Positions 26,501 through 41,200 of a stretch of DNA of 64,000 bases are shown one piece after another. The DNA is taken from positions 32,001-96,000 of IMG/VR virus record IMGVR_UViG_3300021254_000027; one strand, written 5' to 3'. Below the pieces are notes generated by a model. The model searched no databases. It was not told the DNA's origin and saw only the letters and a program-made list of their open reading frames with translations. The stretch is from a virus (lineage: Duplodnaviria > Caudoviricetes). Each line of letters begins with the position of its first letter. The stretch's first letter is position 1. The position numbers and the translations under genes are program-made.

Positions 26501-29500
26501 TACTAAAAATCTAATTACTTATTCCCGGATCACCTAGATATATTATACCAGAAGAATTTTTCTATGTCAAGCCAAAATCTCCAATATGCCAAGGTGAAGT
26601 TGAACCAATTGTGCCTGCGCGAGCAGTTAAATATCCTTGCCAATTAACGCTAAATAAAGGTTTAGTATTCGGTGAATATCCAGCAAAAATAGCATATTTA
26701 TTAGCATCATTCAAAATAACTTCATTAATTCGTTTATCTTTTATCTAATCTAAAGAATTAGCAAGATCATCATATAAACTATTACAATCTTTTATATCTT
26801 GATTATATTTAGCATCTAATTGCTTTTTCTTTACATAATACTCATCATAATTACTATTTTCTTTTAACCAAAGAGCACCTGCGGCAAGCATTTCATCATA
26901 CTGTCTGGTATAACCATCTAAATGATAATTATAATACGCTCGTGCCCATTGAGAAAAATCTGTTAACCAAGCAACAGACAAACACTCATCATGACTAGTA
27001 TCTAAAACGGTATGCAGATATGAAGGAGCTCCAAAAGCTTGCCACTATGCCATCCAAGTTTCATTAGAATCTTTCCCGCCATCTGACGAACCATAATATG
27101 TATTAGCAATATAAGTACATTCTTCGCTAAATAAAAATGGCTGTGTATTAAATGATTCAATACGCATTCCCTTTCCAGAAGTATTATATTCTTGATGTAC
27201 ATGAAGTGTTGTTTTATCAGCGCTCTAAACATCTACGTAATAATAAATCCGCGTGCTATTATCATTGCCATAAGAATCTGACCATAAAGCATTAATTACA
27301 TAACGACAAGCAGTTTGAGCACCGCCTATATATGCGAGACTAGGCTACCCATTTCGCCAATGAAAATGCGTACCAGTTCGCTCTTCTTTTGAGAAATACT
27401 CAATTAATAAAGATTCTAATAATTCTTTAGATACCATATCTCCATCAGTTTTAGATATCGCTTCATTAATAGCTAAAGATACGTTATCTGCCCAAGCAGC
27501 TTGCATATAATAATGTTCAGGATCATACTAAAAAATATGCGTATAATATGATCCTATAAGATTACGTAATTTTTGTAAATAATTTAAATATAAAAGGGTT
27601 AAATCCCGTTCACGTTCTCTATCTAATATGCTTTTTTTAATATTAATTTCTGTATTTAACTATGTTAATTCACTTAGATCATTTGTAGAATACCCTAAAT
27701 ACATGTAACGACTATCTAATAAAGTATCACCAGTATGTTTTTGATATAATCCTTGATTGCTAATCATCCAATTACCAATTTTACCATATCGAGCAATAAT
27801 TCCACCAGAAGTCAATACTCCATTATTGGGGTCAACAATAAAATAATCTTTGGTTTCATCATTTAAAAATTTATTTGCCCAAGCTGTTGATAACTCTAAA
27901 CTATCTACTCCCTCTAATGGAGCCTAAGAGCTTTTTTTAGCTTCTGCATATAAAAAATATTGTGAATAGCCTAAATGATTTGTTAAATCAATAGAACCAT
28001 CAGAAGAAATATTATATGTAATTGGATCTAAATTAATATACGCGGTTTTATCAACATTACTAATTAATGATTGATTACCATTAAATACAATTTGTCCCCG
28101 TCCAGATTTACCAATAAATCCAGTGCCATTTGTACGGAATCCAAATACTTGTCCGCCTTTTTCTAATCCATATATTCCAGGAATATCAAGAGATGCATCA
28201 CCATAATCAGACCAGTTACCCATAACTACGCCAGTAAAAGCATTATTATTATCTTTCGCTCCGGCGCTAATCATTTGCGCAAGAACCGCATTTTGAGCCT
28301 CATCTATAGTTAATTTACCATCCCAAGAATTAAGTAATGATGAACTATAAAGATTGCGGCTAAATGGTATAGCCTATTTAAATGTAACACCATTTTCTGT
28401 CCATTTCAAAATGGTATAATAATATTTCATATTATCGTCCCAATACCAAGGACTATCATTAGTAGTATTGTGCTTATATGGATCTAATGAATATTCAATA
28501 TGTCCAGGCAAATAATTTGCTGCCGCTTTACTTAAATCAATAAAACGAGAATCTCTTAAGTTCGCTGCAGCAGCTCTAATACTATCTAAATCACCGACTA
28601 TATCTTGCTCTAAAATATTAGCAATAGTAGCGTTATATTCATTTTGAATCATTTGTTCTAATTCTACATAGGTAGAAGAACTGCTTCCAGAAAATGGGTT
28701 TTTATTAAAAATCCAAGTTTCACTTCCATCTTCTGCGGCTTCTTTTGCATAATAAAGTAAATAATTATTATTCGTTGTAATCGCTTGTGAAAAGATTGGA
28801 GTTTCTTTTAAAGCTAAATAATCTGGCGTGGTTAATTGATTCCACGTACCAGCATTGTTTTTATACTAAATTAACTCCCAAGTTGGATATACATCTACAA
28901 AATTTTGTCCAACAGTTTGAGTTACTGAAAAAGTACCAATATTACTTAACGGCACTGATCCATCTGATTTAAACTCTACACGATTTGGACAGCTAACACT
29001 ATATTCCGCCGCTGCATCCGCGTCTGAGATTATTTTAAATCCTGCGACATTAGATAATATATAATCTGCTGCGCCTAAAACAGTTACCTTAAAAACTGGC
29101 GGCATATCATTGCGTAAATAACCAGTGATTTTATTACCAATAAAGAACGATCCATTTCCAATTGTCCAATTCTATTTATTATTACCTTCTTCATCTTGGA
29201 GTTCTTCTTCAGCGCTCTCAGTAATAATAGTTGGAGAAAGACATTCCCAAGAAAAAATATATTTACTGTTCTAAGATTCTTCCGCAGTTTTTCCTTTTTC
29301 TACAACATTCGCTACAATAGAAAATTTTTGATTCTAAACTAAAAATTCTCCTTCTGGTGCGAGTTGAGCAAATACAATAGTATATTGACTACCCATACTA
29401 CCAGCTTGTCCAAAATGTAACTCAATTTGTGGATGATAAGTTTTACCTTTACGAGTTACAATCGCACCAATTGTATTATTTAAATAAGCTAAATCTAAAT

Positions 29501-32108
29501 AGCTTTTAATCTTAAATTTACGAGTAATCGCACGAATACGATCATTATATAGAGAACTAGCTCCTTCTAAAATAGGCGCTAATACGCTATTTGATAATTC
29601 GGCATCGGTAGGGACTGCCCACTAATCAATCATACTTAATGATGTAGGTGGTTGCCAATTAACTTCTACTCCATTATCATCTGGATCATAAGTCATTGGA
29701 GAATAATTGCCAGTATCATTATTACGAATCCAAACCTACACATAATACCAATAATCATTATATCTTACATTGTCTTTATCTTTAAGAACATAATTATTTT
29801 CATCATAAACATAAAAATCTCGTAAGCTATTATCTTCTACTATATTAGTAATACCATTTTCATCAGTTTGTGCCCGCAATAATCTAAATGTAATTTCATT
29901 TAAACTATCAAGACTGCTAGTTTCAATAGAAGAATCTACATTAGTAAAAATAAGAGGCTCGGTTTCATATGGCACATCATTTACAGTTACTATTGCTTTC
30001 CATTGTTCGCGTGCGCGAGAAGCATTAGGAGTTACTCTATAAGTATCAAAATCTTCTCCAGTAGTAGACTCTAAATATTTCCAATTTAATCCGCCTTGTC
30101 TCTCAGCTAAGACGCTAGTATCTTGCAAACATCCATACTCATAATGATACCATTGAAGCTTAGCTCCTACAGCATCTTCCCAATATTCAAAAGAAGATAA
30201 ATCGTTATCATTTTTCTTTGCATAATGAGTAATTAAAATTGCTCCAGCATCAGTTAAATGTACCCAAGCAAATTTTAAAGTTTTTTCAGTTAATAACCAT
30301 TCATATCCAGGCTGTTCCGCATATTTATTTGTTATTTCTTTTATTTTTGCACTTTTTTCTACTGTATTTAAAGTCGAATCATTCTAAATGCTTAATATAG
30401 CTTCTTGATAAGTGCTATATTCTTGGGTATAAGTCAAAGCATCTGTACCGTATTTAATATCATCATAAGTATATAAAAATACTCGATCAGTAGTGCATTC
30501 ATCTGTTGTTAATCCCAATAGTGCAGATAAATTACTTACTTGAATATTAGATGGAATATTTTCATAAGGTATTTTCTATCCATAGACGTCCCAAAAATCA
30601 TGGTCTTGCCAAAAGAAAACTCTAATTGATTCAAGAGTAAGCATATTAGAAATATCAAAAATCTTCTATTGAATTGTAGGCTCATAAAATCCATAAGTAT
30701 TACCATACATATCTTCATTAGTAAAATAAAGAGTCTGAATTGTAGATACAGATTTTTCTTCTTCAGTTGGACGAGTTTTCCCTTTTAACTCAATACGTAA
30801 TCCATATCTTCCTCGCGCAGGACGATATTTTGACAATAAGGTTTTAAAATTTGCCGAAATCCCTAATTTAGTTTCAGCTAATGGGATAGTAGGATTTTCA
30901 TTATCCCACTTCCATAAAAAATTTTTATTGTCTACATCTAAACTAGTCGCCTCATAATAATCATTGATTGATTGATTATATGCGGCGACAGTAGAAGAAT
31001 ATGCTTTGTTAATTGGATCAGTATATTTATCATATACAGATTGTTCATAAGTTTTTAATAAATTATATTCTTCTTCAGTCCAATAATAATCAGTATCAAT
31101 ATGAGCATCTTCTAAATACTAATCAAACATATTTTCAAATTCGATGCTCGTCGTATCTGCATTATTTAAAACTTGCCCCAAAGCATTTGTGTATAAAAAG
31201 TCTATTAAAGAAGTAAAAGCCTTTTCATAATTTGTTGGTTCTGATTCTGTGCCATCAAGAGAATTGTACTATAACTAAAGTTCATTAATTCTTTTATTAT
31301 GCTATTCAATCAATTGATCTATCTGAGCCTTACGTTCTTCAGTCGTTAAAGATGTATCTTGAGCAATATCCTATAAAGAATTACGATATTGTTTTTCGGC
31401 ATCTAAAATATTTTCTTCTAACTCTTTAACTTTTGCTACAGTTAAATACATTGCACTCTACTCAGGGCTATAAAAGTTTTTTGTCGTCCAAGAAGTAGTC
31501 ACATCATTTAAATGAGAAGATGCAATGTAAACTCCTCCATATCGATTATAATGAGATTCAATTGAACCCTATAGTCTTTGATGATATCTATTATACACAC
31601 TTAAAATATTCTAATATGTTGAAATTAATGAATCATCATATAGATTTTTTAAAGAATCTAACTAATTTATATAATCTTGTTCATTTTCAGTCTTACATCC
31701 ATGTTCTGGTTTATTGGCCAAATAACCTTTTGATGTAAAAGTCGAATCGTGTGTTAAATCTTCTAAGCCGACAAATCTATCAAAAGGCATTTTGAAATTA
31801 AAATTGTAAGTTGCTGCTTCGGTGCCAGCATCTACTTTTCTGCCAATTATATATTTTTGTTTAGTAAAATCTCCCATTGGAACCATTACGTAAACGACTT
31901 CGTTTTCATAATAAGTTGCAGTATCTTGAGTATACGCATCAAATTTACCATTTTCATACTCTACTTTATAAATACCTTCACTCTTCCGAGCAGTAGAAAT
32001 TACCTTTGCTTCAATAGTTTGGTCATACTTATATTTTTTAACAATGTTCTCTGATACAATACTAATTGCATCAAGTAGATTATTAGTATTAATTGCCAAA
32101 CTACTCAC
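23586..32108 (-). CDS. Giant central tail spike/hub protein (~2,840 aa)
   Basis: GTG 32108 with AAGGAG RBS; fragments 30128, 29105, 28652, 28274, 26981, 26438, 25007 and 24494 all in frame; TAA at 23586. OB-fold-like N-terminus (TIEAKVI..GIYKVEY..VYVMVPMGD), repeated G-x-I-G-x-W-x-I beta motifs, LGTTTRRW spike motif; lies directly after the tape measure. Confidence 0.75.
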
Positions 32109-32121
32109 TCCTTTTTCTCTA

Positions 32122-32170
32122 CTCTAAAAAATTTTCAAAAATCCACCCAATAAATTAATAATTACTACCC
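32122..32170 (-). promoter_or_regulatory. Copy 3 of conserved intergenic motif (candidate late promoter)
   Basis: GGGTAGTAATTA TTAA TTTATTGGGTGG ATTTTTGA AAATTTTTT AGAG, between the tape-measure terminator and the RBS of the next gene. Confidence 0.5.
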
Positions 32171-32176
32171 ATAAAT

Positions 32177-32211
32177 AAAAAAATAGGGCGAGCATTGCTC
32201 GCCCTATTTTT
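32177..32211. terminator. Terminator after the tape measure gene (potentially bidirectional)
   Basis: aaaatagggcgagc-att-gctcgccctatttt inverted repeat with A/T runs on both sides. Confidence 0.8.
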
Positions 32212-35200
32212 ATCGTCTCCAAGCATACTAAGTTGCTTGGTTAATTAGATCATTAAATGCCATTTCAATTTCATTATGATCAGTGACATTCGGGAATTCA
32301 GCAGAGATTGAAACATTCTATTCTAGCTCTTGTGGTTGCATATGAACGGTTCTAACAGAAGCGAGACTACCAAGTCCATATAACATACCAAGTGCATTAT
32401 CCATTACCGCGGATTGTAATAAATCAAATACACTAGAATCAATAGAACGAACAAATTGAACCGCGCTTAAAATCTTAGAAGTATCATCTGCATTTAACAT
32501 TAATTCTGGACTACTAGAACTACCATCTACCCAAGCTGGACCAGTATAATCTACTAAACCACCTGATAAATAAGTAGGAATATTATTAGTATAAATTGTA
32601 TTATAGGCTGCTTTTGCTGCATCTTTAACCGCTTTCTATTCTGCGGCACTCATTTCATCAGTAATAAGATTTTGAAATTGTGCGTCAATATCAGTCATAG
32701 CTCCACTTAAAGCGGCTGCTTTAGTATGATAGCCATCACTCATACCACTTAAAATAGCTCCATTATAATTATATTGCCATCCATAAGACCAATTTTTATT
32801 TTTTGCAATAGCACCGCCACCGCCTCCCTAAATAGCGGTATCTATCATTGTATCTGTGCCCGCTACTTGTTTAATCGCACCTGCAGCAGCATTAGCCAAT
32901 TCTTCATACTCTTCAATAAGGGCATTAAGAATTTCTGCATGTGCAACCCAAGCATCAGTAGTGTCATTTATATTATATAAGGTTTCTTGTAATGTATTAT
33001 TAATTTCTGTCATACCATCTTGAGCGTGCGCGACAGCTTCATCATAATCATCAATAGAAGCGGTCATATCTTCCCAATTTAATCCACTTTCAGAAGAAAT
33101 ATTATTTAAATCTTCTGAATAGGCATGTAATGCTTCATAAATTGAACCGCCAGGCTTCATTTGCTCTTCTAAATATGTCGCATAATCAGACAATCCAGAT
33201 CCCATCATTAATTGACGTACTGATTCATTAAGCTAATCTTGCAGTTTGTTAGCATTATCATATATAGAAGTTCCATATCTCTATTGTACATATTGCTAGT
33301 TAGTTAATAAAGCATTAGTAGCATTTACATATTGTTCTTGTAAGAATTGCATTGTTTCATTATGCTGTCTAGTTAATTCTTCCATTTTCTATTGACGCTC
33401 TTCAATAGTTAAAGTGGTATCTTGAGCAATACTTTGTAAATTGTCTCTATAATCTTGTTCTACTTCTAATACTTTTTGCTCCAATTCAGAAGTACGATTC
33501 GCCGCAAGTTCATTAATCTATTGTAACATATCATCAACTTGTTGCCGTGCTTTATTAACATCATCTTCATTTGCCGTATACTGATAACCAAAATTACCAT
33601 TTTCGTCGCGTGTTAATCGAACTGTAGATTTTGCATTTTGTGCTTCTTCTAATGCCTATAAAGCAAGAGCGTGTTTATATTGAAGCTCCATCATTTGTAC
33701 ATCATATTCTGTTAATTGATTCTTTTCTGCCATCGCATTAATTTCTTGCTGCAATGCTCTTAAGCGTTCTTTACTACGCTTTGTTGTTGAATCAGCAATA
33801 CTATCTTCAATATCACGATTTAATTTAGCTATATCATGTAATTCTTTAGCTGTTGATAAATACCAAGACTATTGCTCTTGATAATAAGCGTATTCATCTT
33901 GTAAACTAGACCAAGAATCCTTTAATCCGCTAATAGCCTCATCAAATGCTTCAACCGCTGCAGCAACAGCATTTTCAAATAGAGCTTGCGCATCAGTTAA
34001 GGCATTATTTGTATATTTAACTAATTGATCCTCTTGATCTCTAATATGCTCACTTAATTCATCCCACTATGTCTATAAAATTTTAGGAACCTCATTTTCT
34101 GCATAAACTGACATTTGCACACGTAAAATACGTTCTTGCTCTTTTAAAGTGTTAAGATATTCATGCGCAGAAGAAACATTAGCATTACTATAACGCAACT
34201 ATGCTTCATACATTGTCGTTAACTCACGATAATTTTGTCCTCGTCCCATAAGCTGTTGCATTTCAATATAATTTGCAATCATATCTCGTGCATGACCTAA
34301 TGTATCAATATGTTTTTGCATTTCTTCATCAGCTTTATCTAAAGTTTCACCATAAGTTTCTTCAATTTGTTTCTATAATTCATTAAGATTTTTAAGCTAT
34401 TCTAAAATTTTGGAATTTACTTCATTCATGCCTGTTGCATATTCATTGTCCTATAAAGTACCATCCGCTCTAAGATGAATAAGCTCTTGGTATTCTTCAT
34501 TAAGTGCGGCTAAATTATCTTCATATAATAGACTTTGATTAGTTAAAGATACCATAATATCATCTTGTCGCGCCAAAAAATCTTGCCATTTATTTTGGAA
34601 ATACTCTAATAATTTTATATCTCGTTCATTAATTTCTGCACGAATTTGAACTTTATACTGAATCCCTTCTAATGCAGTCTATGAAATTTTGTTTTCATTT
34701 TCTAGAATATCATTTTGAATAGTGTCTATTAAATCTAAATCTTCTTCGTAATTTTTAAGCAATTCTTCTGCGTCTTCTTTTGCTTTTTTGGCGGCATCTA
34801 ATGCTAATTGATCTTTTGCTGACTAACTTGACTAATTAAATTTATCCACTGCTGCATTATACTGACGAATAATACGATCCATATATTCACTATAATTTAC
34901 AGTACCATCGTCATTAAGTATTTCATTACCAAATTGTGAAATAATCTAATTTTTATTAATACTAAAATTAGTCCGAGCTTGATTTAAATATTCTGCTTGT
35001 AATGCGTTTTCTTTTTGTAGCGCTTTAATTTCTGCATTAATATTTTTAAGATGCTATGCGCCATAAGCACGACTTTTTAATTTGTCAATACGAGCTAATA
35101 AATTACTCTATTTTTCTAATTGATCACGAATCTCATGATAACGTTCTTTTTTTGGAACTTCATATTTTTCGATTTTCTTTTTGCCACCTCCGCCGCCACC

Positions 35201-38200
35201 TCCGCCGCCTCCGGATCCTTTTTTACCACCGCCACCTTTGGCTGGAGCTCCTTTCTTACTTACGGATTCAATTCTTGGTACCCATAATTGTTCATTTGTA
35301 TCTGACATAGAATCTGCTGAAACAGGATTATAACTACCATCAATATTTAAAACATAACCAACTGTTCGCATTTCTGTAACTTGTTTAGCACTATAAGGGC
35401 CATCCCATACAATTCTAGGCTCCCAACCAATGCCATTTAAAGCAGCAGTAATCTAATCTGCTGTCATAGTGCCACTAGACAATAAATTATTAAGAGTTGT
35501 CATAATTTTGCCTTCGGCACTTTGAGTATCAGCGTCTACAGTTAAAGTAATATTATCCATGTTATCCCATTGATCAAAAGCGCGTTGGAAAAAAGAATCA
35601 ACATTATTCAACTATTCAATAGTTCCTTCTTCATCAATAGGAATTTCAATTGGATCAATAGGAGTATTTGTTAATTCTTGCGCCCGCATATAAGCCTCAA
35701 TAAAATTATCTTCAATCGCATCTTGTGCTGCTTTAGCCTCTTCTTCTGTTCCTTCTGCCATAAGTCTAAAATTATCAATATTACTTTCAACAAAATTTTC
35801 AACTTCTTTTGTACTACCCTTAAAAGCTTTTTTTAAATCTTGTCCTAATAATTTTGTTGCTATTTTAGTTAAATCCTAAAGACCCTTTCTCCAAGTTGCG
35901 GTTCCTTTTTTACTGCTATCAGCCATTGTTTTCCAAGTTTCATCTGAAATTTCTGCTAAATCTTCTAATGCCTATTGATATAATCCTATTTGTTTTATAA
36001 ATTCTGCCAATTCAACTGCACGATCAGATAATTCTCCTGGCTCTACATCTTCAAAATTACCCATTTCTCGAGCTCGATTTTCATAATAATCCCAGTCTTC
36101 TTCAGATAATCCGGAATTTTCTTTAAGTGTATCAATGTTAGTTCGATAAGCCTCTTCTGTAAAATTTGTTTTTTGATCATCTGTTGGAGCGAATTCATCA
36201 GAATCTAAATTAGCAATATCTGCATTTTCAATTAAAGCAACTTCAATGGTATACTGACCAGAAGCATTTGTCCCAGTCATATGCGCTTCATAATAACTGC
36301 CATCTGGATTAATGCCCTAATCACTATTAATTAAATCAATATAATTTTGAGCTGCTTCTGCAGAATCAAAAGTTGTTTGAATACTCATATTAGAGTCTTT
36401 ACCGAAACGGACATGATCACCTTCAGTTAATAATGTTCTAGTCCCTCCCTATACTAATTGACCTCTTTCATTTAAAGTATATCCGGCATTTATTGCATTT
36501 GTAAAACGAGTTAAAGACTCTGCTGCTCTATCTGCGGATGTTGCTAAGTTAACATTTGCTTGTTGTAAAACCTCTTCGCCGACTTGATCTAAATTATCTA
36601 AAGTAACATTGGCAAAACCTGCATTATTTAATGCAGTTACAAGGTCTTGCCGATCTTCAATTTTCCACTATGAAAAATTTTCTTTCATTGCTCTCTAAAC
36701 AATAGCTTGATCTTGATCAATTTGAGTTTTTTGAGCATTATAACTACTTTCTCGTTCTGCTTTAAGATCTGATGAGTAACGCATCCAATTAACATTACTA
36801 GATAAAATGGCTTCAGAAATTTCATCAGCAATTGCTTCTCTAGTTCCTAATGCTTCAACGTCTGCTTCAACCAACTATTCAATTATTGATGCATTTAAGT
36901 CTCTTTGAGCAAATCCATATTTACCTTCATTTTGAACAATAGTGCCATTATTTAATAATCCCTAAGCAATTGTTACTAATGAATCAAAAGTATCAGCATT
37001 ATAATCTTCACCAAGCTCTTTAGCAATGGCCTCTCGATTAACGAATCCTTCTGAAATATTTCCTTGGCCTAAATCAGAAGCTATTTCTACAATTTTTAAT
37101 AAAACATCAGGATCATCAAGAAATTCTATAGCATGTGGGTTATTTTGATAAAATTCAGTTCTGCCTTCTTTAAATCTTGTTAAAAAATCATCTACTGTAA
37201 CATTCTAAATTCTTCCATCCGCTGTAGCTGGTAAATATTGTAAAATTCCAGTATTTAAAGCCCCGCTATTTCGGAATGAACTATAACTAATTTCATCTAA
37301 TACAGTAGATAAAAAATTTGGATCTAACATTTTTTGAGCTATTACTTCAACTCCTAATTCTGGATGTTTTTGAACATAAGCTCTATAAATTTCTAATAAT
37401 TCTTCATCAGATAAAGTATCAACAATAGATTTATTACTATCGCTATCAAATGCTTCTGCTCTTAATTTTCCAATGGCAGAAAAAATAGTTTTCCATCGAC
37501 TTAACATCTATTGTGCCTGAGCTTCATCATGGGCATCAATCTAATCATACACCCCTATAATAATATCATAAATTTCCGCCCAAGTAGAATCAGCTTCATT
37601 TTTAAACTTTGTTAATGTTTTACTATATTGATTTTCAAATGCATTTATAAAAACGTCTAAACTTCCACCCGAAGCGAGGTAATCAGAAACATTTTTATAA
37701 TCTCCTAATTCTGATAGTGTTGATTTCACAATTTGATCAAATATTTCTCGCTAAGCATCATTTAAAGAAGGATCATCCCAAAATTCACCATCTAAGTATT
37801 CTGTTGTAAATTTTTCAGTAGCAATAAATAACGCAGCTTGATTTAGAGCTTCATCAAGAGTTGAAAAACTTTCTTCCATTAATACTATACTATGATCTAA
37901 AGAATCAACTATCTTATATACAACTTGATTAGTTTCTTCATCAATAGTTGTAATAACATCCATACCTGCCATATGTAAAATATCTTTTTTTGTATTTTGT
38001 GAGTCCGCAGCAAACTATTGTCTACGATTAACATCATTCCATCCAAATAAATTTTGGTCATTCTAATAAGCCTACCAAGCATCATCAAATGTTGCATACT
38101 AGTCTTCTTCAGAACGGCCTTCATTAGCCATAGATAATAATACTGCTTTTTGTAAATTCGTCATTTTATTTGGGTCAAGTTCAAAAGCATCGTCAAATAT

Positions 38201-41200
38201 GTCTTCTGTTAATCCTAAACTCGCCCATAAATCAGAGAAATCATTATTTTTAACCAAATGAGCTATTTTATTTTTAATTACTTCAAGAATTTTAGATTCT
38301 AGGTCTCCTGCTTCAAATTCTGTTTCACTAAAACCTTTAGATATTCCTTCCATTAAATATCTACCTATTTCCATTGTACGTCTAGATGGAGATGCAATTC
38401 CAAAAGCCGCTTTAAATGCAGCAATAGTATCATCTGAAAACCCTAAAATACTAAAAAACATTGCTTGTTCTTCTGAATTCATCCCTCTAATAATACCAGC
38501 AATTAACTAAGCTCCAACACTATTAGTATCAAAAAGTTCATTATTATTTTTTAAATATTCAACATATTTTTGAATAATCGCAACAGCTTCTTGCTCTATT
38601 TCATCAGTATTTTTTAATGTATGATCTTCATTAAATAAATAACCCTACATTAAAGCATCCATAAATCCAACCATTGCATCATTATCATATTCAAAAGCGC
38701 TTCCAAAATTCCAGCCGCCTAAATTTGTCATCTATAGGATATTACTCATTGCATATCTAAAAATGTCAGATTGAGCATAATCCTACATAGAATGATTTGC
38801 CGCAAAATCTAATTCTTCATAACTTAATGCATTTTCTAATAATTCATCTATATTTAAATTCTATCCATCTTCATTTACTGCTTCAGTGATAACAGAAAAT
38901 GTTATAGGAATTTTTAAGCCAAGCTAATTATTATCTCCTAAAGCATGCATCAATTCCCAACCATAGCCGTCCTCGCTTATCGCCTTTTGCACATCATCAA
39001 TACTTTGAACATTAAAAGTATTTTTAAATGCTTGGAACATACGTATTAAATCTTGACCACTCGTAATATAGCCGCTAAAATTATATTTTTCTAATAACGC
39101 TTCTGCCATAGCTAATTGATCATTACTATTTTCTACGGCGTCCATATCAAAAAGATCACTTAATACATCATTACCATAATTAAATTGATAAGTATCAAAT
39201 TCGTCTGTATAGCCCCCTTCATTTGCATAAACTCTTTGCCATTCTTTACTATATGGATTAAACCACTATAATGTTTCTCCAGCATTCTAATAATTTAAAG
39301 AAGCTATACCTTCTCCATTTGGATTTGACCCAAATAAATTTGTTCCACGAACATTGCCATTAAATGACTAACGATGTTGTTCTAATTCAGTAGGATCTAC
39401 TAAATTTTTTAATTGCGTACTATAATCAGAAATTCTCTATGCTGCAAAATGTGTACCAGCGCCCATAATTTGCAATAAACTATGTTCTCCATCAACATTA
39501 GGATTCTAAAGTAATGCCTAGTCCCAACGTCCTCCATAATTATCTAAAACATAATCAACGATATTAACATCTGTCATTTTACCCGCGCCGTATCTAGATC
39601 CTGAACCACCAACAAAATCTGCGGCCCAATAGCCATGAGAATCCCAATTTAAAACATCATCCGCGGTTCCAGCGATAGATTCATTATAACGCTTATTACG
39701 TGTACTAAAACGAGATGCATCATAATGAATGGCATTTTCCATAGCTTCATACTATATAGTAATAACTTTAGTTTCTGGATCTAGATCAATTACTGGTCTA
39801 AATGGATCCGTGGCAGTACCAGTTCCTGTTGTTCCCTCTCCAGCTTCGGATACAATAGTAATACCCAATTCATTTGCTTCTTCATCTGTAATTTTTTCAA
39901 ATACAGGACCATTTTCGCCTTTTTTAATTAACCATGTCGCGCCATCAGTTCCAATTAAAATAGTATCACCGTTTACAGTTTTACCAGTGCCTTTGATTGA
40001 CACTAAATTACCAGAAGAGTCTACCGCCCAAACTTCACCAGATTTTGACATTAAAATTTGATAACCATTAACACTCTAATTAGTATTAGTTAATGCCTAT
40101 AATTGTCCTTTATTATCCGCGAGCCACATCTATTTTTTATCAGGGCTCATATAAATATTGTAACCATTTACGCTAGTCCCATAAGGAACTAATGCTTGTA
40201 AATTACCACTATTATCTGCTAACCACATTTTGCCATCTTCTGGACTCATATATAAAGAATATCCTTCAATAGAACCATAAGGGTTTAGTGACTATAAATT
40301 GCCTTCTCCATCAGCAAGCCACATCTAATTTTCATCAGGGCTCATATATATATTATAACCATCAATACTTTGACCAATATTAGTTAACGACTATAAATTA
40401 CCTTCTCCATCAGCTAACCACATTTTATCTTTATCAGGACTCATATATATATTATAACCATTAACACTTTGACCAACATTAGTCAACTACTATAAATTAC
40501 CTTCTTTATCAGCTAACCACATTTTGTTTTCATCTGGACTCATATATACATTATAGCCATTTATTGATCCATAAGAAGTTAATTCTTGTAAATTGCCTTC
40601 ATTATCAGCCAACCACATTTTACCATCTTCTGGACTCATATATATATGATATCCATCAGTTGATTGACCAACATTTTCTAAAGGAACTAATTCATTATTG
40701 TCATCTTTTAAATAAGGACTATTAGAAGCATCTGTCCAAAGAGTATAACCACCTTGCCCACTTAATTCTTTTAATCCAGGTTCTCCTTCATTGCTTTCGA
40801 CAAAATCTCCAATAGATTCATCTTCAATTATATACTAAGCAGAACTACCAGTAATAGGATGCAACGCATAATTATCCTAAACATAATGTACATCAGCTTC
40901 TTCAACAACTTTAATCTTAACTGTATTTCCGTTTAATCCCTAAGCTGCGTTAAATCGCTCTGTCTATATCTCTGCTCCCTATAACAAAGTAGCAATTTTT
41001 AAATTAGCTACCGCCCAAGCTTGGCTAATATCAGTTTCGTTTTCTGTTTTACCAATATTTTTAATTAATCGATCAGCTTCTTCCGCGGAATATCCTAAAT
41101 CAATTAACTATTGTTTTAAAGCTTCTAACCCCGAAAAAGTTGATAAAGAATCTAAATCTTCTAAGTCTGAAACCAAAGTTTCAATTTTTTTTAGCTATTC

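Noticed and set aside
35180-35240. GC-rich ccgccacct repeat as a regulatory or mobile element
   Set aside because: It encodes a Gly/Lys linker (GGGGKKGSGGGGGG) in frame within the tape measure.
40070-40660. CRISPR array or DGR template/variable repeat
   Set aside because: Periods are multiples of three, variation is codon-like with no unique spacers or adenine-specific pattern, and no cas or reverse transcriptase gene is in the window.
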